In this document: one piece after another, positions 28,884 to 39,892 of the stretch
Numbering within the stretch: position 1 is the first letter of the stretch
How the letters are laid out: every line of letters begins with the position of its first letter
Source: a virus
Direction: 5' to 3' (one strand)
Virus record (IMG/VR): IMGVR_UViG_3300020045_005677
Location: 32,001 to 96,000 of that record
Length of the DNA: 64,000 nucleotides
Translations under genes and position numbers: made by a program
Notes under the pieces: generated by a model
Told to the model about the DNA's origin: nothing
What the model saw: the letters and a program-made list of their open reading frames with translations, nothing else
The model's database searches: none

Positions 28884-31738
28884 ATGTTAGTTTCTATGCT
28901 GATATTTACTTTATAGTTTATATCAATATTATTGTTGTTGTCTAATGCTATTTCCTTATCTACAGTAAATACATTTCCATCACTAGTAATAGTTACTACT
29001 TCTTTATTGTCAGGAGTAATATTATCTATCTTTACACCTAATACATTACTACCTAATGTAGTTAATATTTCAGCTCTAATTTCAGATATACTAAATGTTT
29101 TATTCTCTACTGCTTTATGTATAATATCACCTACTATATTTTTATAATTGTTTATTAAATCTGTAGTAATATCTACTGCATTCTTTAAGTATATAATTAC
29201 TGTAGGAGTAATAATACTATCATAAGCTGTAATTAGATTGTTAGATATTACTTTAACAGTACCAGCTGTCTTAAATGGTCTATAATAGATATTAGTTTGT
29301 TCTAATGTTCTATCGTTTAAATCTTTAATGCTATTATTTAACCAAGTAATAATTGTATTGGTATATTCAGATACATAACTAGGATAATCATTACCAGCTA
29401 CTAAAAACTTATAATCTACCATTAGCATATCTATTGCTCTTACTACACCAGACACTCCATCCAATATCATATTTCCATTACTATCCAATATATAGTCACC
29501 TTTTCTATGTGCATATATATTATTACCTTCATCATCTTGAATTACATCTCCTTGAGAATATAATAATCTACTCTCTAAATCTATAATTACATTATTAACA
29601 TCTCTGATAGGCCAAAAGATACTATTTGTCTCAGGACAATATTCATATATGTTTTCTGAATACTTAGCTAGCTCATCAAACTCATATCTTTTAAACTTTT
29701 TATTAGTATAATAGTTTTTAATATCATTCCATAAATTAGTTAATTCTTGACCTATACTATATCTTACTGTCTCCAATGTTAATACATTTAGATTCTCTTT
29801 ATCATCTATCATTACTAAGTTATCGTAAGAAGCATGCTCAATATCTTTTATTACCATATTATCTATAGAATATAATACAATATCCATTTTCTCAGAAATA
29901 GGTACACTCTTAGTGACTACTAGACTATCTCCACCTGATATACTAATTCCATTATTGCTATCTACAAAGAAAGTAGATTTAATATTAAAAGTAAAATACT
30001 TACCAGTTGAATCAGAAGTCATAGCTTCTGTAAAGTATACTTTTTCTATACTATCATTTAGAGGTATAGATAATTGAGCTTTAATAAATGATGGTCTAAG
30101 ATTATTGAAATCATCATTACCAGATACTTTAAATTTAATTATATATCCATCAGCTCCAATAGATATAGACATAGATACAATATTAGCTCTAGGCTTAATA
30201 TAATTGTTAGTAGCTTCTACTCTTAGATTACTTAAATATGGATTATCTAAATCATATATTTTAGATTTAATAATATTAGCATCTTTTTCTATAATATAAT
30301 AAAAAGGATTATAGAATATAGTATTACTATTTAAATAGGTAATTAACTCTTTTTTACTCATATTGTTAATGTTAAAGATAGATACATTATCTAATACTTC
30401 TAGTATACCATTAGAGTATTTAAATAGAGATTTAGATTTAACTACAGCATTGTCATTAGTTAATACTATGTTCTGATTATTAGTTAATTCATCTAGCTTT
30501 AAAGATACAGTATTGTTATATAAATCAGCTCTTACTTTAATATTAGAATTCGTAGATACTGGTAATGTTTTATTAGCTATAAATGTTCTTCCTGTTACGG
30601 TGTCTTTTATTAAGTTAATTTTAAAATCATCTCTACTAGCATATTCTTCAATTTCTTTAATAGTAATAGGTGTATCTATTTTACCTATAGTATTAAATAT
30701 AACAGAATCTCTAATTTCATCTATTGTTTTACCATTCTTTCCATAAGTAGCCATACCTCTAGATACTACATACTTATTAATATTTTCAGTCACTGCTGAA
30801 TCATAGTCTAATGTTGGTCCTAGTTTTAATTGGAACTGCTGACTATTCATTATCTCTATTGGAATATTAATATTACCCTTAGTAGTGTATAACACTATTT
30901 CTATAGTATTATCTATTATGCCTTGCATCTGATATAACATAGGTAAATCATACACTACTTTACCATCTAGAAACTTAACAAATATACTAGGAGTATTTGT
31001 ATCAAATACTGTATCGTTATATACTATATTTAATTTAGTTCTTACGTTATCTACATTAATAGAAAATACTTCTGTATAAAAGAATTTATCTTTAACAGTA
31101 GCTTCGTAAGTAAACTTAGTACCTACTGTTAAATTGTCAGTAAACACTTCTCTTTTTACTTGTCTTAAGATAGTTTCAAATACTATCCATTCTATATTAT
31201 CAGCATCAGTAGTTAATATATTATCTAAGATATATACATTGTCTATTCCTAATCCACTCTCTGAACTTTGTTGTTCAATATTTATTTCACCACTATCGTA
31301 AATATAAATATCTATTTTATTTAATAATGTAAATGTAATTTCATCTATTGTTAAACTAGTATATAAAGGAATAGAACATTTCTTATATCCCTCATAAGCT
31401 ATACCAGCTTGTAATATATCTAATTTCTTAATAAAGAATACACTAGATATTGTACTAGGTGTAGATGATATACCAATTATATCTGCATCTGATATATGCT
31501 TATATAATTCATCTGTACTCACTCCTAATATAGGAAATACATTTCTGATACCAATATTAAATTTATTTACAGCTGCAGCTGATAAAGCAGCACTAGCTTC
31601 TATTTGTAACATAAAAGGATTAGTAGGGTCTACTAGTTCTAGACTAGCAGTAGTATTGTTATTTATTAAACTAATTATCTTAGCTATAGACTTAGTAGGG
31701 TCTACTACATAATTAAGTAAATCTTCTTCTGTTGCCAT
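28880..31738 (-). CDS. Large virion structural protein, baseplate wedge-like (phiKZ gp87-like by synteny)
   Basis: 952 aa; VDPTNPFML..EA and GKTIDEIRD.VI..TIG motifs typical of phiKZ-like baseplate proteins; minus-strand pair ahead of the inner-body genes. Confidence 0.65.
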   Translation of the reverse strand: MATEEDLLNYVVDPTKSIAKIISLINNNTTASLELVDPTNPFMLQIEASAALSAAAVNKFNIGIRNVFPILGVSTDELYKHISDADIIGISSTPSTISSVFFIKKLDILQAGIAYEGYKKCSIPLYTSLTIDEITFTLLNKIDIYIYDSGEINIEQQSSESGLGIDNVYILDNILTTDADNIEWIVFETILRQVKREVFTDNLTVGTKFTYEATVKDKFFYTEVFSINVDNVRTKLNIVYNDTVFDTNTPSIFVKFLDGKVVYDLPMLYQMQGIIDNTIEIVLYTTKGNINIPIEIMNSQQFQLKLGPTLDYDSAVTENINKYVVSRGMATYGKNGKTIDEIRDSVIFNTIGKIDTPITIKEIEEYASRDDFKINLIKDTVTGRTFIANKTLPVSTNSNIKVRADLYNNTVSLKLDELTNNQNIVLTNDNAVVKSKSLFKYSNGILEVLDNVSIFNINNMSKKELITYLNSNTIFYNPFYYIIEKDANIIKSKIYDLDNPYLSNLRVEATNNYIKPRANIVSMSISIGADGYIIKFKVSGNDDFNNLRPSFIKAQLSIPLNDSIEKVYFTEAMTSDSTGKYFTFNIKSTFFVDSNNGISISGGDSLVVTKSVPISEKMDIVLYSIDNMVIKDIEHASYDNLVMIDDKENLNVLTLETVRYSIGQELTNLWNDIKNYYTNKKFKRYEFDELAKYSENIYEYCPETNSIFWPIRDVNNVIIDLESRLLYSQGDVIQDDEGNNIYAHRKGDYILDSNGNMILDGVSGVVRAIDMLMVDYKFLVAGNDYPSYVSEYTNTIITWLNNSIKDLNDRTLEQTNIYYRPFKTAGTVKVISNNLITAYDSIITPTVIIYLKNAVDITTDLINNYKNIVGDIIHKAVENKTFSISEIRAEILTTLGSNVLGVKIDNITPDNKEVVTITSDGNVFTVDKEIALDNNNNIDINYKVNISIETNI

Positions 31739-31761
31739 TATTTATTCCTAATTTTAATTTT

Positions 31762-32826
31762 TTATTCAACTGGTAATATAATAGATTTTGGAATATACCA
31801 TTCCAGCTCTCTAGTATCTGGATTAATATATGGATATGTTCTAAATCTATATAATCCTAATAATGATTTAGGTACTCTCACTAGCCCAGAATCTAATCCA
31901 TCTACCATTCTAGCATAATCTGGATTAGTAATAGCTGTATGCTCATTAAACTGAGCAATAGCCATAGGGTCATCTACTTCAAATCCTGTAGACTTAAATA
32001 CTATCTGTACTTCTTTATTAGATTCTGCAAACGGTACTTCACTATTGTAATCCCATAGTTGACCATCTGGAAAACTAATAGGTATTGAATATCCATTATA
32101 TATAATAGATTCTACTCTAGTTAAAGTAGGGTCCATTACTAATCTATATATTCTAGTAGTGTATCCTAGTTCACCTGCTAATTTTAAATCGTTATAAGTA
32201 TCCATCATGCCTTCGAAATAATAAGTAGAAGACATACACCAATATCTAAATAATCTAGCTACTATATTTCCTGCAAATCCTTTAAAGGTAACATTTATAT
32301 CATAACTACCATTCATTTCATGTGTACCATCTACCATCATGTACTGTTCTTTTCTTACTCCCTCTTTACTAACAAAAACAGGTACCACTCTATCTTGTCC
32401 ACCAGATATATTTTTAATAGTATTTGTTAGTAGTGGAATAAAACATTGTTTGTTATCCATTAGTAAAGATTTAATTCCATTACTAGCTTTATACATTAAC
32501 CTAGGGTCCAATGTGCATCTAATGTATCTATTAATACTTTTTTCTCCTGTATCCATTAAATCAGACATAGCTCTATTGTTTCTAATGTTTTTATCCCTTA
32601 AGTCTAATAATGGTCTAGTAAAGAATGTATATCCAGAATTTAATCTTAAGTCTTCTGGTATTATATTTATTTTTTGTTCGTTAAAACCATATAGAGCATT
32701 AGTATATTTTCTTCTTACATCCATTACTCCATCGCTAGATAATTCTTCGTATTTAGATAGAGTATCTACTTTTACTTTTTTTAATTTATCTTCGACCTGT
32801 TTCCAAATCTCATCATTTTCTGCCAT
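31762..32826 (-). CDS. Virion structural protein (tail-tube-fold/baseplate; phiKZ gp88-like by synteny)
   Basis: GYTFFTRPLL, FIPLLTN and YTTRIYRLVMDPT motifs of phiKZ-like structural proteins. Confidence 0.6.
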   Translation of the reverse strand: MAENDEIWKQVEDKLKKVKVDTLSKYEELSSDGVMDVRRKYTNALYGFNEQKINIIPEDLRLNSGYTFFTRPLLDLRDKNIRNNRAMSDLMDTGEKSINRYIRCTLDPRLMYKASNGIKSLLMDNKQCFIPLLTNTIKNISGGQDRVVPVFVSKEGVRKEQYMMVDGTHEMNGSYDINVTFKGFAGNIVARLFRYWCMSSTYYFEGMMDTYNDLKLAGELGYTTRIYRLVMDPTLTRVESIIYNGYSIPISFPDGQLWDYNSEVPFAESNKEVQIVFKSTGFEVDDPMAIAQFNEHTAITNPDYARMVDGLDSGLVRVPKSLLGLYRFRTYPYINPDTRELEWYIPKSIILPVE

Positions 32827-32938
32827 AACTCATATCTCCCCATATCTGGATTTTCATAAGAACCCGACCAATTCAGATGTCAAATACTATATATGAGTCT
32901 TTTTTGAAATTTATATAAAATAAGAAAAGGACTCCAAC

Positions 32939-34051
32939 ATGATAGCTGAAATAAGTACAGTATTCAATATTGCAGACAAAGCTATAGATTTAATTCTTGG
33001 TAATGATGTAGAGGGATTGATTAAAAAAGGTAAATTAGGCCTAGACACTAATGGTTCTATTACTAAACTAATAGCAGAAACAATAATTGATTGTCCTATA
33101 ATTGTTTCTAAATCTCTAGAAACAAATGCAGACATAGACAAGATATTAAACTTTAATGTAGATGTACTAGCTGCTACGGTATCTCAAGCATTTATGGTAT
33201 TAACTAAGTTAAAAGGTATAGACCCAATAACTGCATTTGATGTATTAAAAACTAATAAAACTGTAACTTCTGGATTAAATAATGATATAACTTTAAATAT
33301 AGATTTATCTAAAAACTTTAAGAGAAGTAAAGGTTTAACATTAGGTAAGATGAATCCTAAACTAGATGCAGGATTAGAAGCAGGAGAAGACTTTAAAAAA
33401 GACAAATCTTCAATTCCAGTAATTTATTCTAAAGACATTGATTTAAAATTAACTTTTAAAGATGCAGAAGGCAAAGAGAAACATTTAATATTGCCAATTA
33501 TGTTTAAAGCTAAAATTAGTTTTGTATCTTATAATAGTATTAAAACATTCTTGATAGATAAAAATTTTGAGAAAGATGCATCTGAAAGATGGCTAGAAGT
33601 TGAAGCTGGTTTGGTATCTATTAAAAACTTCTTTATCCCTATGGATATGATTAAAGCTTATAAAGAGAAAAAGATTAGGGATACTGATGAGCTAATGGCT
33701 TATACATCTGAAAAATCTTCTACTGGATATGGTAAAATATTAACTACTGGAATGACTGGGTTTGGTATGTATTTAGGAGGAGTAGTATTAACTATTGATG
33801 AACTAGATGATATTGAAACTACAGTATTAAGAGGTAGCATTAATGATGACAAAAGAAAAGATAAATTCTTCGAAGCTGCTAAATCAATTCTATTAACAAT
33901 AGTAGATGGAGCTTATGACAGAGTAAGAGTAGTAACAAAAGATATTGGTGGTAGTGGTTCTGTATTTAAGATATCTAATCTTAAAAAGAAAACAGATGGA
34001 AGTGATTTAGATGCTATCTTTAAAGATATATTACTAGGTAAAAGATTCTAA
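32939..34051 (+). CDS. Head/inner-body protein (phiKZ gp89-like by synteny)
   Basis: Divergent from the gp88-like gene; DAGLEAGE cleavage-type motif; DASERWLEVEAGLVS..FF segment. Confidence 0.6.
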   Translation: MIAEISTVFNIADKAIDLILGNDVEGLIKKGKLGLDTNGSITKLIAETIIDCPIIVSKSLETNADIDKILNFNVDVLAATVSQAFMVLTKLKGIDPITAFDVLKTNKTVTSGLNNDITLNIDLSKNFKRSKGLTLGKMNPKLDAGLEAGEDFKKDKSSIPVIYSKDIDLKLTFKDAEGKEKHLILPIMFKAKISFVSYNSIKTFLIDKNFEKDASERWLEVEAGLVSIKNFFIPMDMIKAYKEKKIRDTDELMAYTSEKSSTGYGKILTTGMTGFGMYLGGVVLTIDELDDIETTVLRGSINDDKRKDKFFEAAKSILLTIVDGAYDRVRVVTKDIGGSGSVFKISNLKKKTDGSDLDAIFKDILLGKRF

Positions 34052-34064
34052 GGAGAATTAAATA

Positions 34065-34964
34065 ATGATAACAAATATAGAAAACTTAAAAGTAATACTA
34101 AATGGTATATTACCAGATAGTTTTAGAAAAGATGATTTAGTTAATACTTTTCAAGATACTAGAGATACTCTTAAAACATTACTTAAGCAATATGCTGATG
34201 TATTAAAAATATTTAAAGATGAAAAGATTGAAGATTATTCTTTCTTATCAGACTTAAATTTATTATTAGGTATTAAATCTAAAAAGACTTCAGACACATT
34301 AGCTTTCTTATTAAATTTATTACAAGTATTAGATTCTAATAAGAATGCAGTAGAGAAGCTAGTATTAGATATTGATGATATAAACATTAAAGATAATATT
34401 AATCTAAGAACTGCTGTAATCTACAAAGTAGTATCTGACTATTATTTCTTTACTAGATTCCTAGCTGATATATTAAACTATGCACTAGATGTATATAGAT
34501 TTAATAAAACAGGTAAAGAGTATACTAAGGATATTAAATTAGATATGTCTAATAGCGGATATCTAACTGACAATGTTTATAATTATTCAGATAACTTTGC
34601 TAAAGATATAGAAAAAGATATTCCTGATATTAATATATCTTTATCTAATTCTGAAACGGATAGTTTCCTAGATACTATTATTAAGAAGATTAGAGGTAAA
34701 GATAGTGCTATTAATTTAGTAGGTACTTCTAACTTTAAAAATAATGTAATCTATATTATTGGTAAAATTATTACTGATATCCAGATTAAAAAAGCTAAGT
34801 CTTTAAAAGACAAAGTAGAAATGATTAAATATAAAATTTTAGAAGCTGAAGCACTTAATGAAAAAGGTGAGATTGATAATGAACAATTAGCTAAAGCAAT
34901 TGCTAAGTATCAAGAAGAGATAGATGAAGCTGAATATAAAATAGAAAGAATACTTAAGGTGTAA
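34065..34964 (+). CDS. Head/inner-body protein (phiKZ gp90-like by synteny)
   Basis: N..Y.IGK..TD.Q and C-terminal coiled coil; follows the gp89-like gene. Confidence 0.55.
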   Translation: MITNIENLKVILNGILPDSFRKDDLVNTFQDTRDTLKTLLKQYADVLKIFKDEKIEDYSFLSDLNLLLGIKSKKTSDTLAFLLNLLQVLDSNKNAVEKLVLDIDDINIKDNINLRTAVIYKVVSDYYFFTRFLADILNYALDVYRFNKTGKEYTKDIKLDMSNSGYLTDNVYNYSDNFAKDIEKDIPDINISLSNSETDSFLDTIIKKIRGKDSAINLVGTSNFKNNVIYIIGKIITDIQIKKAKSLKDKVEMIKYKILEAEALNEKGEIDNEQLAKAIAKYQEEIDEAEYKIERILKV

Positions 34965-35096
34965 ATTATTAAATATAGTGTATATAATTGAGTTTATATA
35001 CACTATTATCAATATTTTATAATTTGATAATATATGCAATGCAGATATGTAGGGCGTCAAGTATATTAAACAATTTTTTTATAAAAGGATTAGACG

Positions 35097-36359
35097 ATGG
35101 TAAATGGATTAGGAAGATTAGGAAACTTAGTAGCTGGATTAGAAGGTGAAGATGTTGTTGTAACTCAAGATGTTGATGGTACATCATTATTAGAAGAAGT
35201 AGCAACAGGTAGCGAATTAGCTGCACAAACTGAAGAAATCAATGATATCGTTTCTGATGTTACTGAATTAGAAGAAGTTCAAGCTGCTGTTGAAGATGAA
35301 TTAGAAGCTATTGAATGTGTTGACCAACCATTATTAGAAACTGGTACTGAATCAGATTTTAAAGTGGCTTTAGCATTTATGCAAGCTAACAACAAAAAAT
35401 TAGCAAAAAGATTAAACTTAGGTGCTAGTGCTTTAAGAACTTCTGGATTAGAATCTAATCACGGTGGATACAAAGATGCATTTAGAGCTGCATTAGAAGA
35501 AAAAGAAAGCTTACTAAAAAGAATTCAAGCAACTGCTTCTGCAACTTGGGAAAAAATCTTAATGTTCATTAAGAAAAAAATTCAAGAGATTGGTTTATAC
35601 TTTAATAAACAAGAAAAAACTGCTGATAAAATTTTAGTTGAATTAGAAAAAAGAACAAATACATTAGCTGAAGGTGCTTTCTTAACTGATGCTGATAAAT
35701 CTTCAATTGGTTCTAAATTTGGTGCTTATTTAGTTTTAGGAGAAGGTGCTGCTGTTGAAAAATATGCTGATAACTATTCTAAATTATTTAATTCTCCAGT
35801 TGTTCCAGCTGCAGGTAAAAAATTAGAGGACAACTTCTCTATTAAAGCAAATGCAGCAGTAAATGCTTTCATCTCTTCTCAACTTGGTTCAGATGCAAAT
35901 GTTAAAGATTTCAATGTTGCTACTGTTGCTATCAATGGTAAATCAGTTGTATTAGCTTTAGCTTCTAAAAATCTTGAAAAAGCTGATTCAGTTACTGCTG
36001 AAGAAAAAGTTACATTCAAAACTGTTACTTATAAAGTAGCTGATGTTGATGTTGAAAAAGTTACGTCTGCTTTAAAAGACATTCCATCTATGGATGCATT
36101 AACTACTTTTGCTAAAAGAGCAAAAGAAATGGCTAAAGGTATTGATACTGTAGCTAAAGAAAACTATGCAAATGCTGAGTCTTATGCTAAAGCTATTAAA
36201 ACTGCTAAAGAAAGCAACGTTAACTTAGTTAAAGTTTATGGTAACATTTCTGGTGGTGTTCAAACTGCTACGTTACAATCTGTATCTGGTATGACAAATT
36301 GTATTGCTAACTTAAACTGGTTAGCTTCACACTTCTCTGCTAAATACAAAACAAAATAA
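35097..36359 (+). CDS. Internal head (ejection) protein, phiKZ gp93-97 family
   Basis: Acidic propeptide with AGLE/SGLE/AALE motifs, then the amphipathic WEKILMFIKKKI helix; highly biased codon usage. Confidence 0.75.
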   Translation: MVNGLGRLGNLVAGLEGEDVVVTQDVDGTSLLEEVATGSELAAQTEEINDIVSDVTELEEVQAAVEDELEAIECVDQPLLETGTESDFKVALAFMQANNKKLAKRLNLGASALRTSGLESNHGGYKDAFRAALEEKESLLKRIQATASATWEKILMFIKKKIQEIGLYFNKQEKTADKILVELEKRTNTLAEGAFLTDADKSSIGSKFGAYLVLGEGAAVEKYADNYSKLFNSPVVPAAGKKLEDNFSIKANAAVNAFISSQLGSDANVKDFNVATVAINGKSVVLALASKNLEKADSVTAEEKVTFKTVTYKVADVDVEKVTSALKDIPSMDALTTFAKRAKEMAKGIDTVAKENYANAESYAKAIKTAKESNVNLVKVYGNISGGVQTATLQSVSGMTNCIANLNWLASHFSAKYKTK

Positions 36360-36380
36360 TCTTTAAATAGATAATTTACA

Positions 36381-36412
36381 AAAAGCTCTATTCTTAACTG
36401 GATAGAGCTTTT
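36381..36412 (+). terminator. Intrinsic terminator
   Basis: AAAAGCTCTATT...GATAGAGCTTTT plus T-tract. Confidence 0.7.
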
Positions 36413-36468
36413 TTCCTATTTTGCCGTTCTTTTGATTTTAGTAGGACAACATTAAAAGGAAGAAATAA

Positions 36469-37821
36469 ATGAGAACAGGATTAGCCTTAGAATTCGGTAG
36501 AGAATTCGGTAATAATAAGTTAGTAGGTAGTAATGTTCTATCTCAATCGGGATTAGAAGACGATATGTCTACTAATGATAATAACTTTAAAGTAGAGATA
36601 GAAGTAGAGCTATCAGAGCTTACTGGAGCTTTAAAAGAAATAGAAGTAGAAATTACTTTTGCTAAAGAGTTATCTAATCATATTGCTTTAGATAATGAGT
36701 ATCTAGAAAAAGAAGTTTATAGTAAAGAGCTAATAGATTATTCTAATAAAGCTTTTAATAGTAAAATAGAAGGTAAAGACTTAGACCCTATTACTATGGT
36801 AGGTAATGAATCAGTAATGGGTACAATTGCGGATGGCTTTAAATATGCTATTAATAATAAATTAGAAGTATTAAAGAAAGTATGGGAGAAGATAGTATTC
36901 TTATTTAATATATTAGTTAAAAAGATGAAAGACTTTTATGGTAAGATTTTAATAGCTATTAAAAAGATGAATAACTATCCTAAGCAAATATTAGAAATGA
37001 TTTCAGTATTACCTAGACATGATAAAGTAAATATTAGTTTATTAACAGATGAAACTAAAGAAGATTTATTATTAGCATTCTCTATATTTGCAATTACAGC
37101 TGGTAACAAAACATTCTCTTTTGGAGACACTCAAGACTTAAGAGACTTTTCTGAATTCTTTAGTAGAGATATATTTCCTAAATTAAATCTAGATAGTATA
37201 TCTCATGAAGATTTAGAATCTAATAAAGCATTTGATGTATCTATAATAGATGATAGAGATATTAAAGTATTAAACGAGTTAAAGAAAAAAGAAATCTTAA
37301 ATAAGAATTTTGATTCTAAAAGACCATTTGATAAAGCAATGCCTATTATCTTTATAGCTGATAAATTAACTATGCTAACTGATATTAGTACTGATAGTGT
37401 TAAAAATAGTTTTGCTTTAACTACAGCTACTGTTAAGTCTGAAGTATTAAAAGATATCGTAATAGACTTAGGTGTGTATGATGATTTAAATAGCATGTTA
37501 TTAGTATTGCAAAAATACTTAAGAGAAGAGTATGAGGCTGGTGCTAGAGAACAAATATTAACATTAGGTAAAATAGGTGATAAGATTAATGAATATAATA
37601 AGAAAGTAGCTGAAGAGACTAATGCTACTAGATTAGAACAAGTATTAAATACATATACTGGTGGATACAATGTATTAAAATTAGTATTGGATACTAACTT
37701 AACTTCAGCACTAGATTGTTATACTAGATGTATTAATGCTTTAGCTGCTGTAGCTAAAGATTCATTAGCTAACGAACAAGTACAAAAAGAAAAACAAAAC
37801 TTTCCAAATTTAGGAGCATGA
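36469..37821 (+). CDS. Internal head protein paralogue
   Basis: SGLE motif; WEKIVFLFNILVKKMKDFY helix. Confidence 0.7.
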   Translation: MRTGLALEFGREFGNNKLVGSNVLSQSGLEDDMSTNDNNFKVEIEVELSELTGALKEIEVEITFAKELSNHIALDNEYLEKEVYSKELIDYSNKAFNSKIEGKDLDPITMVGNESVMGTIADGFKYAINNKLEVLKKVWEKIVFLFNILVKKMKDFYGKILIAIKKMNNYPKQILEMISVLPRHDKVNISLLTDETKEDLLLAFSIFAITAGNKTFSFGDTQDLRDFSEFFSRDIFPKLNLDSISHEDLESNKAFDVSIIDDRDIKVLNELKKKEILNKNFDSKRPFDKAMPIIFIADKLTMLTDISTDSVKNSFALTTATVKSEVLKDIVIDLGVYDDLNSMLLVLQKYLREEYEAGAREQILTLGKIGDKINEYNKKVAEETNATRLEQVLNTYTGGYNVLKLVLDTNLTSALDCYTRCINALAAVAKDSLANEQVQKEKQNFPNLGA

Positions 37822-37822
37822 T

Positions 37823-38242
37823 ATGCCATCAGAGATTAAAGAAAAATTATTAGAACTGCTAGAAGAGTACAATACTAATAAATCAGAAATGATTGGGTTA
37901 AACTTAATTAGATTTTATAAGAAGTTATTTAAAGCTTCAGAGAGCTTAATGGACTTACATGGTTTATTTAATTTATTAAATAAAAATCCTAAGACTATGG
38001 ATAATAGATTTATGCAATTAGTAGTAGAGAGATTAAATGGTGAATCTAGATTTCCAATAGCTGCTCTATATGGATATACTAATAGTCCTGGTACTGTTAT
38101 TACTGCTATAGATGGTCAATATGATTTAGTAATGGAGAAAGAACAACTATTCTCTGCTTATATAGCTAATAATGATGTAGAAGATGTAATTAACTTATTT
38201 ATTTTAATAGATGAAGTAAATAGGATTAAAAGTAATTATTAA
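37823..38242 (+). CDS. Hypothetical protein
   Basis: Coupled to the upstream gene; AGGAG RBS. Confidence 0.65.
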   Translation: MPSEIKEKLLELLEEYNTNKSEMIGLNLIRFYKKLFKASESLMDLHGLFNLLNKNPKTMDNRFMQLVVERLNGESRFPIAALYGYTNSPGTVITAIDGQYDLVMEKEQLFSAYIANNDVEDVINLFILIDEVNRIKSNY

Positions 38243-38249
38243 TATAAAT

Positions 38250-38280
38250 ACTATAGGCTATCACTAAGATAGCCTATAGT
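38250..38280 (+). terminator. Terminator hairpin (13-bp perfect stem)
   Basis: ACTATAGGCTATC-actaa-GATAGCCTATAGT. Confidence 0.7.
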
Positions 38281-38331
38281 CTATTATTTGGCACCAAAAA
38301 ATTATTTGAAGCTCAGACTTAAGGAGTATTT

Positions 38332-39879
38332 GTGAATAATTATAATATAAATTTATTAGACTCAGGAGAGGATAATTATAAAAGATTTTGTAAATCTATA
38401 ATGTCAGATTTAAAAGTCTTTCTAGGTTTACCAAATGACATTAGTGTATATGTTAATAGTGGTTTTGATGCAGACATGGACAAGAGCTATAAAGAGGCTG
38501 ATTATAGTAATCAACCTTTTACTAGAAGTATAGAAATAACCTACGAAGAAGACAATGGAGACTTTGGAGAAAACTCTTTAGCTTTCTCTCCGAATGAAGA
38601 TTACTATGTATTTAAAGATACAGAATTAGGAGTAGAGTTAGCTCCTATGGTAAAAGCCAATAAACTAATATTAACTATTAGAATAAATGCTAAATCTAAA
38701 ACAATAGTAAATACTACTCTAAATAGATACAAGTCTAAAGTATCTGTACTAAGAGAAGGAATGAGACACTCTAATGTAGAGTATATATCTTTTGTAGATA
38801 ATAAGGTATTATTTATACTAGGAGAAATACATAAGAAAAGATTATTAGTATATCCTGCTGAGACCCTATCTGATTATATTTTAAAATACAGAACTAAAGA
38901 TTTAAAGACTGTAAACTCTGGTGGTAATAATAATAAAAATATATTAGCTATTAAGTCTAATTACTTTAATATTAATGGTAGATTTACTACAGATATAAAT
39001 GGACTAAAAACAGAGTACGATAGTAAGAATAAAGAATACTATATAGAATTAAGCTATGAAGTATATTCTAATATTCCATTAGAGCTAAATGTACAATATC
39101 CTACTATGGTGTTTAACCAAATCATCAATAAGAACTTAATAGAGTCTATAGACCCTTATAAACATTATGTAGGTGATACATACTATGTAGACCAGTTTGA
39201 TAATCTCACTAGGATTAAAAGACCATTGTATACAGACAAAACTAATCTCTATGTAAATATACCAGAGTATGATACTCATTTATTACCCGACAATAGTAAT
39301 ATCTATAAAAAGATATTTAGTGTAATGTTAACAATGATAGATTCTACTGGAGTTATAGTAGATAATAGTATACCTATTTTTAATTTAGGTAATCTAGGAA
39401 AGAAAGTATCTATTAATCAAGATGTATTAGATTTCTTAGCTAATGGAGAGTTTGAATACTTATGTAAATTATTAATGAGTGCATTCTCTTTAAACATATT
39501 CGAAAATGATAGATTAGTAGATAATAGTAAATTATCTTTAGATAATAGCTTAAATGTATATTATACTGGTCCTGTTGATATTAAGAATACTTATAGAGTT
39601 ACTTTTAATATTTGTATTAAGCCAGAGAACTTACATAGTGATGCTTATAAAAGAGTATCTAATAATACTATTATCATGGATAGAATAAATAATATAATAG
39701 TAATTAATGATATATACAATTATGACTTATATAGAATGGATAACTACGATATGAACCAAATGTCTGATGACTATAAGAATGCCCATAAAAGAAATGGAAT
39801 ACATAGAACTGTACAATCAGTACATATTCAAGCTGCAGGTCTATTAGAGTTAAAAGAAGATATAATAAATAAACAATAA
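38332..39879 (+). CDS. Virion structural protein (phiKZ gp99-like by synteny)
   Basis: 515 aa with GTG start and AGGAG RBS; QYPTMVFNQ and N+P.YD motifs. Confidence 0.55.
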   Translation: MNNYNINLLDSGEDNYKRFCKSIMSDLKVFLGLPNDISVYVNSGFDADMDKSYKEADYSNQPFTRSIEITYEEDNGDFGENSLAFSPNEDYYVFKDTELGVELAPMVKANKLILTIRINAKSKTIVNTTLNRYKSKVSVLREGMRHSNVEYISFVDNKVLFILGEIHKKRLLVYPAETLSDYILKYRTKDLKTVNSGGNNNKNILAIKSNYFNINGRFTTDINGLKTEYDSKNKEYYIELSYEVYSNIPLELNVQYPTMVFNQIINKNLIESIDPYKHYVGDTYYVDQFDNLTRIKRPLYTDKTNLYVNIPEYDTHLLPDNSNIYKKIFSVMLTMIDSTGVIVDNSIPIFNLGNLGKKVSINQDVLDFLANGEFEYLCKLLMSAFSLNIFENDRLVDNSKLSLDNSLNVYYTGPVDIKNTYRVTFNICIKPENLHSDAYKRVSNNTIIMDRINNIIVINDIYNYDLYRMDNYDMNQMSDDYKNAHKRNGIHRTVQSVHIQAAGLLELKEDIINKQ

Positions 39880-39892
39880 TAAAGGATAGAAG